The notes below the pieces were generated by a model. That model was not told where the DNA came from and did not search any database. It saw only the letters and a program-made list of their open reading frames with translations. A program made the translations under genes and the position numbers. Of a stretch of DNA of 64,000 bases, positions 1-13,407 are shown piece after piece. Positions within the stretch are counted from its first letter, which is position 1; each line of letters starts with the position of its first letter. Source of the DNA: Paramecium tetraurelia (Eukaryota); assembly GCA_000165425.1 (NCBI GenBank), contig CT868049.1, forward strand, positions 62,001 through 126,000, written 5' to 3'.

Positions 1-383
1 AGAATTGATTGCCAAATGAGGGACCTATTAATGCCATTTCAGCCTCCTTGTACTTTTTGATCCTAAAATACGCCACTGCCAATTGATAACTACAATCCTA
101 TTACACATTTTCACATACCGATTAAACTCTGACTTGCATTCCTTCAATATATGGCATGCCTTATAAGGCTGATTCTCATGTAAATAGCATTCTGCTAGTA
201 TTGATCTGTGCTCCTCTGTGTCGTGTTCATACACTAATCTCTCAGCTATTGAAATTTGAACTCACACTAATTACCCAAAAAGATAGCATTCTATTCCATA
301 TGATTCTGCAATGAATCTAGAATAGCTTCTATCAATTATTATTCCAACTAGCTCTTTACTTAAAGTCCCTCCTCTTCAATCAT
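1..383 (-). CDS. CDC27: APC/C subunit 3 (Cdc27), 5' part; runs off window start
   Basis: Ciliate-code translation MIEEEGLQVKSQLEQQLIEAILDSLQNHMEQNAIFL|AERLVYEHDTEEHRSILAECYLHENQPYKACHIL matches the Cdc27 N-terminal TPR (A.FLAERL...LA.CY....YKA) once a short intron is removed. Confidence 0.85.
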
Positions 384-436
384 CAATATTTCAAAATTTC
401 AAATAATTATATATACGTTCAATCCAATATAAAAAC

Positions 437-1230
437 ATGAACATTTTGTTCACATCAAAATAACCATATTCAATTTATTATTCAATCGACTGCTCCCCAA
501 ACAGATAGCACTCATGAGTTTAATTTTTCCCATAATATTAAACCAGAACTAAAATTTCATATAGATAATTATGACCAGTCTAAAATTAGAGTGATATTCG
601 AAGCAATATATTCACACAAATGAATCTGTTTGTCAAGTTCACTCTTAAACAAAAATCAAGAAAACGGGTGGCAGCTTAGCTTAAAATAGTTTATGCTTGT
701 CAATTAGATTTTCATACAATTATTTTTCATTTTTTATCTAAAAATAACTTTATTATTACTCATTTATTTTTACAATATCTCCTTTATGCAAATAAACTAA
801 TTATATCTGAACGATCTACATTATTTATAATATTCAATTTAATCTCAATCTTGACCCTAGCAATTCCTTTTTAAGAAAATAAGAAAAAAATGTAAAATTT
901 ATAATGTTAGATTGTGGGGTGATAGAAATCATCCAAAGAAACGACTCAAAGGACATTTCAATACTAAAATCTTTCAAAAGAACATGTCATTTCAAAGTTA
1001 AAATGAACCTAGCTCCTTCTGTTTTCCCTGTACCTTTGCCTTTGAGCTCATGAATTAACCAATTTGATGAAGTCTAAATTCTTGAATTACTTGAAAAAGC
1101 CAATTATTTCAATGATTAAATCTTGATCCTCCCTTTTCATCAACCATATCCTCATTCTATTTAATACAAATGACCATTCAAAAGATTAAAATGTCTGAAT
1201 AAATTTTAATTCTATGTTGAGATGAAATAA
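437..1230 (+). pseudogene. possible decayed gene relic
   Basis: Coding-like stretches broken by TGA stops and frame changes; no recognisable family. Confidence 0.25.
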
Positions 1231-1396
1231 TCATATTCTTAATTTTATAACTAGTTGATTCAAGGAATTAAGAACTTATTGGCTAGATTTGATTTTTTTT
1301 GTATTTTAGGCATTAGTAAATATTTTCATTGTCTTAAAATCTTACTTAATTGAAATTGATTGCTTTACATTATATTTTTTCAAATTAAAATAGATA

Positions 1397-2797
1397 ATGT
1401 AGAAAATAATACTTTCGAGTTTATGGGTGCTTAGTTTAATACTTGTAGATTATTTCTATGGGGAAACAACATTTGAGATAAGTGATTCAATTACAGAGTA
1501 TCTGCAATCCTTGTTTGATTATGGGAATGAGAATGGATTAGTAGGTATAATAGAATAGATGAATTATAATTAGAAAGTTTTCTGTTAATCTTTTATGTAT
1601 TTGGGGGAAGATAATTTATGGGAATGGTGTTCATAATTCTTTGGTTGAAATCAGGATTGAAGGAGTAGATTTTAAAATTAATTACAATGTATTCGATTAC
1701 TTCATTTCTTGGCCATTTTATTAAAATGATCTTAGCATAGCCAAGACCCTTTTATGAAGAATCAGATGTTCGACTAGATTTTTGTAAAAAGGGTTATGGA
1801 GACCCAAGTGATAATGCTTTAAGGTCTATTGTGTTTTATGTAATTTTATCAGAAACTTTATTATTTAAAAAATATAAGGTTTAAGCAAGTGATTTAGGTG
1901 TTCTTAGTTCAATTAACTAAGATAAAAAACTTTAATATCATTCTAAATAATTATCAAAGTATATCATTCTCATATATTAGTGATGATCTTTACTCATAAC
2001 TCTATCCAAATACAATGCTTAGTTATAATCAATATAAATTTATGTTGGCTACTTTTTTATTCATTACCGGTATTTCCAATTCTTATTTTGGTTTGAATTA
2101 TCTAAATTAAGTAATAATGGGATGGATTATTGGTGGATATGTGCTCTACCTCTATTATTTTTGTGATCTTGAGAAATAATTAGAGAGTTTATTTATATAA
2201 GCAATCTATAATCAGTCTGATTAACTAAATAACAAACTTCGTCATGTGGGAAGATTGGCTATTTTCACTGTGTTTCCAATGTTAATTTCAATATTACTCT
2301 ATTTACTTAGAACTAATAATGTAGAGCTCATTTAGCAATAAGAAGAATGGGGTTTATATTTTTAAAGTCATTAAAAATGTGAAAATTAATTGGATCGTTT
2401 CAATAGGTCGTTTGAAAATTAGGAGATAGTTGGGGCTTGTGTCATCTTTTTGCCCTTTTATCTTTATTTATGCTGTTATTTTACCCCTGGCCAATATAAG
2501 CCTGATTTATACAACCATTAAACTCTTACTCTGAAAGGTGTAGTTAGGGTTTTGATACTTGTTGGTTTACTTATTTCTCAAGTGTTCATTCATATTTTCA
2601 CAAGAAAAGTCGTAATGAGCAATAGTTTAGATATCAATGTAGCCTACTTAATAGTAGGTTAATTATTCTTAGAACTGTATTTCTCATTATTGTTGATTAC
2701 AATATTGCCTTTGCTCTATAAATTCTGTAAAGCTGATATCGATGGGGATTTTTTAAGAAGAATCAACTAAATTGAAATACAAGAAATGGAGTTGTGA
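1397..2797 (+). CDS. PAP2-superfamily multi-pass membrane protein, catalytic His residues substituted
   Basis: C1 motif KMILAQPRP, C2 GYGDPSDNA (normally PSGH), C3 SNSYFGLNYLNQV (normally SRxxxxxHxxxQ/D); several TM segments; 2 short introns. Confidence 0.8.
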
Positions 2798-2820
2798 TTT
2801 TAACTTATCAAATATATATA

Positions 2821-3937
2821 TCAATTTAAGAAAATTTTAAATCTATCTTTTATATCCCTTCGACATATAGGACAAAAAGTAAGGCCTTACAGGCATGAAT
2901 TGCAAACACAAACATGTTTGCAAGGCATGAGTATTGAATCTGCTAGATGACTAACACAAACAACACATTCACGATATTTGGAATCAATAAATTCTTGTTA
3001 GCATCCTTTACACCTAGTTGGTTTATTCATTTGTAGACTGAATGGTTCCTGTAGCATATTACACCTTAAACACGAAGGGATAAATTGTTCTATTTTACAT
3101 TAGAAACATATGGAATTCACAATTTCAATGAATGGTCCAAATTCAGAAGGTCTCATTTGAGGTCTATCTAATTTGAGAAGCTCTCCAAGACAATCTTAGG
3201 TATTACATTTCAGAATTAGATAGTCCAATCTGCAGCCTAAGCAATTAAATCGTTAAAGTTAATTATTTTCAGCCCTTCTCATTATCTGTTTCTAACCACA
3301 CAGACATGAAATTTGTTTCATTTTAGTATTGCAATGTTGGCACAAATAGCTTTTATTGTTAGTAATATTTAATTTATTTGGTTTTTTGCAATGCAAACAT
3401 ATGAGTCTTTAATATTGATGATTATTTGAGCATCTGAATATGAAGGGTTCAACTAAATCTCTTGAAAACGCATCCTCCTAACAAATTTTGCAATCATCAA
3501 TCTAAAAATGTGAATTGCAATTTTCGCAGTAATTCTTCTCGTTCGCATTATTCAGTATTTTCATATTTTTGCATCCAGGACAATTTACAATGTAAAAACC
3601 ATTTTTGCAAGAGAAACAAATGATTCTTGAACTTTATTTTAGATTCCCCCCATTAATTGCTTAAGGACATTTACAAAACAAGCATTCAAATATTCTTTGC
3701 TTTGCCCCACAAATACATTGTGTTATTGTGTTGAGGTCTCCGTATTTAAAAAATCTAAGGCATAGCCAAAATTTATTACTTAATATTTTAGCAACTTGTA
3801 CATTTTACACAAACTGTTTTTATATTACAATCCAAACAATCTAATACATGAATACCCTTTTATTCAACATATTTTATGTTAAATTTTAAAATTTCTTTAT
3901 TATTTCCACATCCAAAACAAAAATAATAATTTTCCAT
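2821..3937 (-). CDS. Cys-rich multi-CxxC protein with C-terminal C3HC4 RING finger (putative E3 ligase)
   Basis: C-terminus CVVCVSHLADSILMPCKHVCVCNSCLQGLTFCPICRRDI; many CxxC pairs upstream; start uncertain (frame stays open upstream of 3937). Confidence 0.75.
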
Positions 3938-4248
3938 TTATAATATTAAGAATTAAGATATATTTTTCATACAACTCCTACATTTACTAATTTCAATTTC
4001 TATTAAAATTACACTAAAATCTGCATTATATTAAAAATGAATCAAAGATGAAATAATAGTAGAGCAATTTAATTAATCTATAAATGAAATAGAATGTTCT
4101 TGAAATGCTTCCTTTCTTTTAATTACAAGTTTACAGCCAAGGGGAAGAATTTTAATTATTTACACCTTGCATCTTGGATATAAGAAAATATGAACATAAT
4201 TTAATATACTATTATTTATTAATATTATAAAAATAATATAAAAAAGAA

Positions 4249-4319
4249 GGGCTCTCCCGGGAATTGAACCCGGCTCACATGCACCCTAAGCATGCATACT
4301 ACCGATATACTAGAAAGCC
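4249..4319 (-). tRNA. tRNA-Pro (anticodon AGG)
   Basis: GGCTTTC/GAGAGCC acceptor stem, CATGC-TTAGGGT-GCATG anticodon arm, CCGGG-TTCAATT-CCCGG T-arm, followed by a T-run Pol III terminator. Confidence 0.95.
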
Positions 4320-4947
4320 TTGGTTAATACTTATGTCATTTTTGAGTATTTCAAGTACAACTTAAAAATTGACAATTTTATTCAAGGAAAGATATCGACT
4401 AAAACATCCAAAAAATACAGAGGAGCATTTATCAATATTATATAATTATTTATAAAACAATAAATTTGAAAATTGAGGTTTATATTTTATTGATCATAAA
4501 TATATATATTTAAGTTTTATATAAAATGTATATATATTTTAACGATAAAATAATTGAGATTTAATTTTAAAATCGAGCAAAGGTTTTCGATTGATTTAGC
4601 ATTTTATGCGAAATTGCAGAAAAAGTTTGGAGGAAAATAAATTACTATAAAATCTTAGAGTGGAAGGACATTTTAGATAAGTTGGTGTAATTAGGGGATT
4701 GCGATTGAACTATGGGGGAATAGATTTTTGATTGGGATTGATGAATATAGTAGTAGTGGGTGAGATGATGGGTCTGAGATGAGTGGATCAGGATTTGAAA
4801 TTATTATGTATATGGTTGCCAAATAATTGTAGGCAAAATATTAATTTTATTAATTTTTATGGTCTTTCTCTTTGCGCTCATAAAGATGTATCATTTTATG
4901 TTGAAATAGCGCAAAATTTATGTGCTTAATAATTAATAATATTTATA

Positions 4948-6108
4948 ATGAGTACTCAGTGCATCAAAGAGCAAAGCAACACGTAACCAATTTCAATTTT
5001 TGATCCTTAAGAAGAAAAGAAGATAGAACTGTAAAAGTTCAAAAAGAGTAAAGTGTGTGCTGAATGCAAATCTTGGATAATAAGACAAAAGTCAGTTGGA
5101 TGTGGAATATGTGAAGATGTATATCATCTGTCTTGTATGGTAATATTTTGTGGCATAGTTTAGAGACCTAAATTGACACGGAAACCTAAAAAATGGACAT
5201 GCACTCGTTGTCTTGAGTTAAAGAACACATTTCCAGATACAAATGAATTGGAAATAGATACTTTATGTGGGCGATGTTAAAAGCATGTATAGTGTGATGA
5301 TGAGGAATTTTGTTCTAAATGTTCTAAAGTATTTCATAGCAAGTGTTATGGCCCAAAAAAAGTAGCGCCTATATGTATATTCTGTGAGCAATAAAAACCG
5401 CCAAAAATAAAATAAAATAAAAATTTGGTGCAATTCCTACCGCTAAAAATCTCATTAAAAAACCAGAACTCTTTCATTTTACCTTGTTGCATCTACGACG
5501 ACACTCTACGCGAAAGGTGTTTCAATTCTATTCAATATGCACTCTATTGTCAAAATATTAGTTTCAATGATGATCTAGTGTATGACTCAGTCTAGAAACA
5601 AGAGAATAATGTGGCACTTGAAAAATTGGAACCATTGACAGGTAAGGATCTTGAAGCTTTCAAAAAGTATAAATAAGTGACTAAGCATGGTTATTATGCC
5701 CCTGTGATAGTGGAATACAATACGGATTAGGGATTTTATGTCAAGGCAGTTCAACCAATAGCCAATAATACATTGATATGCGAATATGCAGGGGAAGTGT
5801 TTCGATTTGCAGATCAAGTGTACAGCACATCTGATTCTATGATGAGTTTGCTTGAAACTAGTTTTGCAGCCACTTCTTTAGTGATCATACCACAAAAATA
5901 TGGCAATCTTGCAAAATATTTATCGGGAATTAATAATACAAAAAAAAATAGTAAGAAATAATAATAAAATGTGAAATCCTAAAGATTTAATGTGGAGGGC
6001 GAATCAAGAGTGATCTTGTATGCTTGTCGAGATATCAGGACAGGGGAAGTGCTCTATTATGATTATAATGAAGGTGGATTCAATTATAATACAAGATTCT
6101 TTGTTTGA
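4948..6108 (+). CDS. TXR1: ATXR5/6- and TXR1-like H3K27 monomethyltransferase (two PHD fingers + SET)
   Basis: PHD CAEC..CGIC..YHLSC..WTCTRC, second PHD CGRC..CSKC..FHSKC..CIFC; SET LICEYAGEV..GNLAKYLSGINN..DIRTGEVLYYDYN ending TRFFV, the ATXR5/6-type C-terminus; one intron. Confidence 0.85.
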
Positions 6109-6233
6109 TTTATTATACTTTAAAGCAGAAATAATTTACGGCTTTAATCATTTTTATCTCTATTTCAACATTTTTATCAATCTCTTAAAATTAAATAAAT
6201 TATTGGTTTTTTAATTTGTGAACAAATAAGAAC

Positions 6234-7265
6234 ATGTTTACTATTAATACATAAATCATTTACAAATTGCCAGACTTCATACCAAATCTTAATATTGATT
6301 TGTCATTTCCTCAAATCCTAACACCTAAATACAGACCTCCTCCCCTCAAGAAACATCCTGTTTTAGATTCGCCTGATGAAATCAAAAAATGGTTAGAATA
6401 GAGAAGGAAAAGATACCCCAATAAGCAAAAACCTACTGTGGATGAAAATGCACAAGAACTTTCGATCTTGGAAATTAAACTGAGAAAGAAGATTTTAATT
6501 TTGAGTGGAAGCAGTAGGAGAACATAAATTAAAGCTAAGTAAATGAAGGAACTCTGTAAGGTTCTTACTGAATCAAAAAGAATTCAGAAGAAAATGAATA
6601 TTATTGAACCATAAATTAGTTCTGATTCAGAAGAAAATGATAAGGAGGAAAAAGATTAAAAAATAGATGACAAGGAAGCGATATCAAAAGAAATAACCAA
6701 ATTATAAAAGAAGTTAAGTAATAATAGACCAAGGGAATATTATAAATAGGTGAAAGAAGCAGGAGAATAATAGTAGTTATCAAAGATGGAAAAGTAGATA
6801 ATCAAAACTAAAATTAAGGATCTCAAGGTAAAGTTAAAGTAATTAAATCCAGAACCTGAACAAGTTAAGGAATACTAAAATGTAATTAGATAAGAGAACA
6901 CACAGACTTTAGAAGATCATACTAAGGAGATGATTGACAATTTAGAGGAATAGAAAGAGAAGATGTAACAATTTTATTGATATAAAAATAGTGAGAATTT
7001 ATTGGAGGAATCATTAAATTACAGAGTCAATCCAGCCAACTTTAGGTATAAGAGTAACACTCTCTATACAAATATGCTGATTGGGGAGATTTTTAGAGAA
7101 AGACAATATGTTTTGTAGGCAATCAGATAATTGGTGAAGGAGAACTTTTTCGAGGTGAAGGAATAAGGGGGACTTGAATGTATTACATCAGAATCAGATG
7201 AGGAGGAACAAGAAAGCAGTGAGGAGGAGAAAGGGTTTTAGGAAGAGATGGAAGAGTATTTTTGA
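6234..7265 (+). CDS. NUFIP1: NUFIP1/Rsa1 box C/D snoRNP assembly factor
   Basis: PEP motif LDSPDEIKKWLEQRRKRYPNK and C-terminal LYTNMLIGEIFRERQYVLQAIRQLVKENFF; intronless. Confidence 0.8.
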
Positions 7266-7302
7266 GATTTGAATTTGAAATAGGAAAGCTTGATAAATGA
7301 AT

Positions 7303-8958
<1,656 letters not shown>

Positions 8959-9462
8959 TTTGAATTTATTTAAATTAAATCGTTGATGGATAATATAAAA
9001 AAATCATAGCACAATTTCTATTGATCTATTTTAGAAGATATATATAGTGAAAGGCATGATGAATAAGCCTAAACTTTAGAAAGCCCTTCAAATTCAGGAA
9101 GGAACCAATTAGGGAAATAGATATTACGGGATTTCATTTAATAGAAGAATTTGAAGATAGATAAAACAAGGATATAATGGAAGGACAAATTTTTAGGTTA
9201 ACCTTATATCATTTGTAGAGGTGATATAACTCAATAATGAAAATATGCATATTGTTAATCTTCTCCTAACTGTTTCCTATATACATGAATTTATACTTTA
9301 TCTTTTTTCTGCTATTCGTTCAGCATCTCAAAATTATACTACCTAAGATGAAAATGGAAGAGTTATCAGTTTTCCCTGTGTCCACATACAAAGAAGAGAG
9401 AATTAATCCTTTTAGTAGAAAATATGATTTGATTTATATTAATTTTTAGAAATTGTTTTGAA

Positions 9463-10711
9463 ATGAAAGCTAAATTGAATAGGGAGGATTATTAATTTCG
9501 AAAGAAAACAGGTTAAGAATTGATTAAATATCCTGGACAATTAAATGGGTTAGACTTTGTGGTCTCTAATTGTGAAGATTGCACAATCTATATTTGTGAT
9601 CATGCTGCATAAATATTTGTGGATTTGAGTAAGAATTGCAAAATCTTTATTGGACCAGTTGAGGGCTCTATCTTTGTTAGAAAATGCGAGAATATTGAAA
9701 TAAGTGTTGCATCAAGTTAATTTAGAGTCTCAAATTCAAATAAGTACTAAATCAATAATATATTATCTAGCATCTAATGTTTTGTCTATACTTCAAGCGA
9801 TCCAGCACTTGAGAAATCAACAGGCATCAGTTTTGCTCCATATAATTTCACTTATCCTGGGATCACTGAAGATTTTGGGAAAGCCAAGTTGGATCCCGCA
9901 AATAATAAATGGAGTTAGGTTTTTGATTTCACTCCTAATGCTGAAGCCAGTAATTGGACTCTCTTACATCCTTCCTAATTTCATTTAGTAAGCAAATCAT
10001 TTGAAGGCCTTGAAGAACCAGAATAATGTCCTGTTCCTATCCCTACCACTTATGGGGGAACATGTACTAAGAAAATCATTTTGGGGAGTGCTGATTAGAA
10101 AGCCAATGGATTGGAATTCGATTTTTTGATGGGCAAAGACAATGTCAAGAACCAATAATAATTGTCTGATGAAAATCAAGTTTATTTGGAGACTCAACTC
10201 AAACCATCCAATTAGAAATAAGTTGAATAGATTTAAGGGAACTATGAAGAGTTTGTATTTGATTAGGAAAGTGTTAAAAGTACAGAGCCTTAGGTCAATT
10301 TGCAAAGTCAGACTACTTTTAATGCATTTGATGAATTGATGGCTGTCGATACTCAATCAAACAAGTAAAGAGAAGTATTTTAGAGTCAACAGATGCTTAA
10401 GGATGTAATTGATAATTTTAAACTAAATTTAGGATGCTGAAAGAAAACTAAAGGAGCAGAAAAGAAAATAGGGTTAAGAATATTTAAAGAAGTTCATGAG
10501 GTATATTAATTAATATGAGTATAGTGACTTTACAGAATTAGCGAATTAGAGAAAGATACAAAATAGAGCTATTGTCAGGGAGAAGGTGTAGAATAAGGAG
10601 GGATGGAAGACAGTGATGACAAATATAGATGTGAAAGATAATGGAGGAGAAAAAGATGTCAGTAAAATGGCTTAAGCAATTAAAAATAAATTCATGGATG
10701 TATTAAAATGA
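9463..10711 (+). CDS. RP2/XRP2-like TBCC (C-CAP) ARL3-GAP domain fused to clathrin-light-chain-like C-terminal domain
   Basis: N-terminal DYQF..YPGQLNG..CEDCTIYICDH..IGPVEGSIFVR..SQFRV..PALE..NKWSQVFDFTP (RP2 signature); C-terminal KDDAERKLKEQKRKQGQEYLKKF..RKIQNR..WKTVMTNID..KDVSKM; continuous frame after 3 short introns. Confidence 0.85.
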
Positions 10712-10749
10712 TATAAGACATAATTAAATATATTATATAATAATATAAA

Positions 10750-11729
10750 ATGGGCAATAAAGCTCTTTGTTGTTCTACTTAATCTGAACTGCAATCGTAG
10801 ATGTGCAAATTAGATGGTCGACCTCAGGCGTAGATAATTTAATAGACTGATGTGAATGGCTGCAGAGTTGTTTTGAGTTTGGGAAAACTATTTAATGAGC
10901 AGGTTGACATCATTGTGTTGGCAACAACTCAAAAATTGAAACTGAATAATCAGGCATCTGAGCACATTAAGTAGGTTATTGTGATTATTTGATAGAAAAT
11001 TCGGTAGTAATTAAATATTGAATGAATTGCACCAAATTCTTTTGAGCGAAGGAGGAAAAGTGTAATTGGGATCTGTAGTGCACACTCATGCTGGCGAGGT
11101 TGTTTTTTGTGTAAAGATGTTAGATGCCCTATGATTATATCTTCTTTGCTGTATTGCCAAATGCTACTGATTCTTCGATAATAGTGTTGAATGAGTCACT
11201 AGAATAAGAGATGATATCTTCGCTGGAGGAGAACTTCAGAGTAAACTCGTTTGCTGCTTATGCTGAGAAGAAGAAACTAGATTCGACAGAGTCTAGAGAA
11301 ATTTAGATAGTTTATGAGGCTGTGGTGAATTGTTTAGAGAAAGCCACAGAACTGGGTGCGAAATCAATAGCCTTCTCTGTGATGGATCAGCAAATCATTC
11401 AGATAGCAAGGAGCAAATTGGCTTCAGTGATGCTATTTGCAATCAAGAGTTTCTTGAGGGACCATTGTGGCAAGACTTCCTTGGTGGAAATAAGGATTTC
11501 ATCATGTGAAGCTCCGTCATTCAAAATTTATCGAACCTACATGAATTAGATTTTAAATGATTAGGGTGAAACTACGATTGAGAAATTATTTCAATAAGAA
11601 GAATAAATTTATTAATAGGAATTCAAAATTGACAGTTAGACTGATATCAAGAAAGACGATATTCGAAAATTTTGCAATGGATGCAAGGACGGAGGTTCTT
11701 AATAAAAGTAATTTAAGAGTTCTTTTTGA
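10750..11729 (+). CDS. N-acylated degenerate macrodomain protein
   Basis: MGNKALCC N-terminus; macro-fold elements GKLFNEQVDIIVLA, GSVVHTHAG.MPYDYIFFAV, NCLEKATELGAKSIAF; 2 introns. Confidence 0.7.
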
Positions 11730-11867
11730 TTAATCTGCTCTTGTGTCTATATATTAAATATATACGTATATATATAAATTTGAGTTCATCGGATGCAATA
11801 TTGATAGGACTTAAGGCTATTAGAAACATTCATTAAATTAATTATTTTGAATTCAAAATATAGTAGC

Positions 11868-13346
11868 ATGTAACCGCAAAGTGTAGATGATTGTCTTCTT
11901 TAACAGGTAAATCTAAAGGCTTAAATAAAGTTGAGACGCATTTTCAGTTTTCCAGTCTTAATCAGAAACCATTTTCTATTGAAAAAATTTGATTCCACCA
12001 CAGGGTTTATTCGTCTTTCTTGCTTGGCGAAAGAGAATAGCTTTCGATAGTTGTTAGAATATCCCAATGGAATGCAGAATTTAATGAATGTATATAAGTC
12101 CATCATCATTCTATAGATATTATTTCAATTTAACTACACCAATTGGTTTTATGATCAAAACTTCAATGCAGTATTGCCGATCTTTTCAAAGGAGAGGAAA
12201 TAAGTTCAAATCCTGATCAAGAAGAATCAGGTGGAAGAATTTAAGAAGTTTTTACAAGAATTGGAAGTTAAACAAGAATGGGAACCAAGGGAGGCAGAAT
12301 ACGTACCCAATAAAGATATGATTAAATTATTCATTGTCTTCGAAACCAAGGAAGATGCCCAAATTGGCTTTGGCAAAATTCAACAGTCTAAATCAATTGT
12401 AAGAATTCTATTTATATCAAAATAGTATGGCATACAAAATGCAAAAATGGAAGAAGTAGATTACTTTTCTAAATTCTTGAGCATAGTTGCAACTAAACAA
12501 CAATAATTCCAAGAATAGAGAATCAACAACATGAGAAACTATGAAGATAGAAACTATGATGAGACTTCGAATTAATTTTAAAATTATTCTTAATAATAAT
12601 AACCTCAATAATAAATTCCTTAATAATAATAATCTTAATAAGTTTAAGAAGTTTAATAAGTTTAGTAATAATCCTAATAGCAACCTCAATAGTCATATTA
12701 ACAAGAACAATAATTCTACGATTATTCATCATCAGACATTGTTAGCCAAAGACTAAATTAAATAAGAACCAAAGATAAAGTCGAATTAAACTTTGCCCCA
12801 TTACAAGAACAACAATTCTAATTTTCATTTGCTCCCATCTTCTATCCCCAATAAGATGTCCAATAGCAAGAGGTCCCTATTAATCCATAACAATAACCTT
12901 AACCAGAACTATAACCATAACAAGAGCAAATATAAGTAGAACAGCCACAAGAGTAACCCAGTGCAGGATAGCCTATTGAATAAACAGATTAGAAGTAGCC
13001 AAGGGAGACTGAATCCAACAAAGAGAACTCTGTTGAGAAGAACCACGGGAGAAAGTATGATGAAGGAAGAACTGAAAATTATCAGAAACCCTATTATCAA
13101 AATAGATATCAAGTACTAATGAATATTAGCATGTAGCAAAAGAGAAGACCAAATAACGAATCATATTAGCATTCCAATAAATACTATGACAATTCCTATA
13201 CCAGGAAACCATAACAACATTACAGTAACATTGAATTACTAATTAGTTCAGATAGATTGGAAAATGATTTGAGAGAGTTTACAGGATATAAAAAGTATTC
13301 ATAGAGACCTCAGAAGGAGTATTATGAACCAAAGAGAGAATCTTGA
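11868..13346 (+). CDS. La-related RNA-binding protein (divergent La motif + RRM, LARP4-like) with Q/N-rich tail
   Basis: KLRRIFSFPVLIRNHFLLKKFDSTTGFIRLSCLAKENSFRQL resembles a La motif; LFIVFETKEDAQ is RRM RNP1-like; long Q/N/P low-complexity C-terminal half. Confidence 0.6.
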
Positions 13347-13407
13347 ATTCTCTAACATTTTTGTTTAATTATTAAATTTTATCTCTACACTTTTCATATA
13401 TATAATT

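Noticed and set aside
4540..4840. G-rich stretch between the tRNA and the TXR1-like gene as a gene or ncRNA
   Set aside because: No convincing ATG-to-TGA model, family motif or RNA structure
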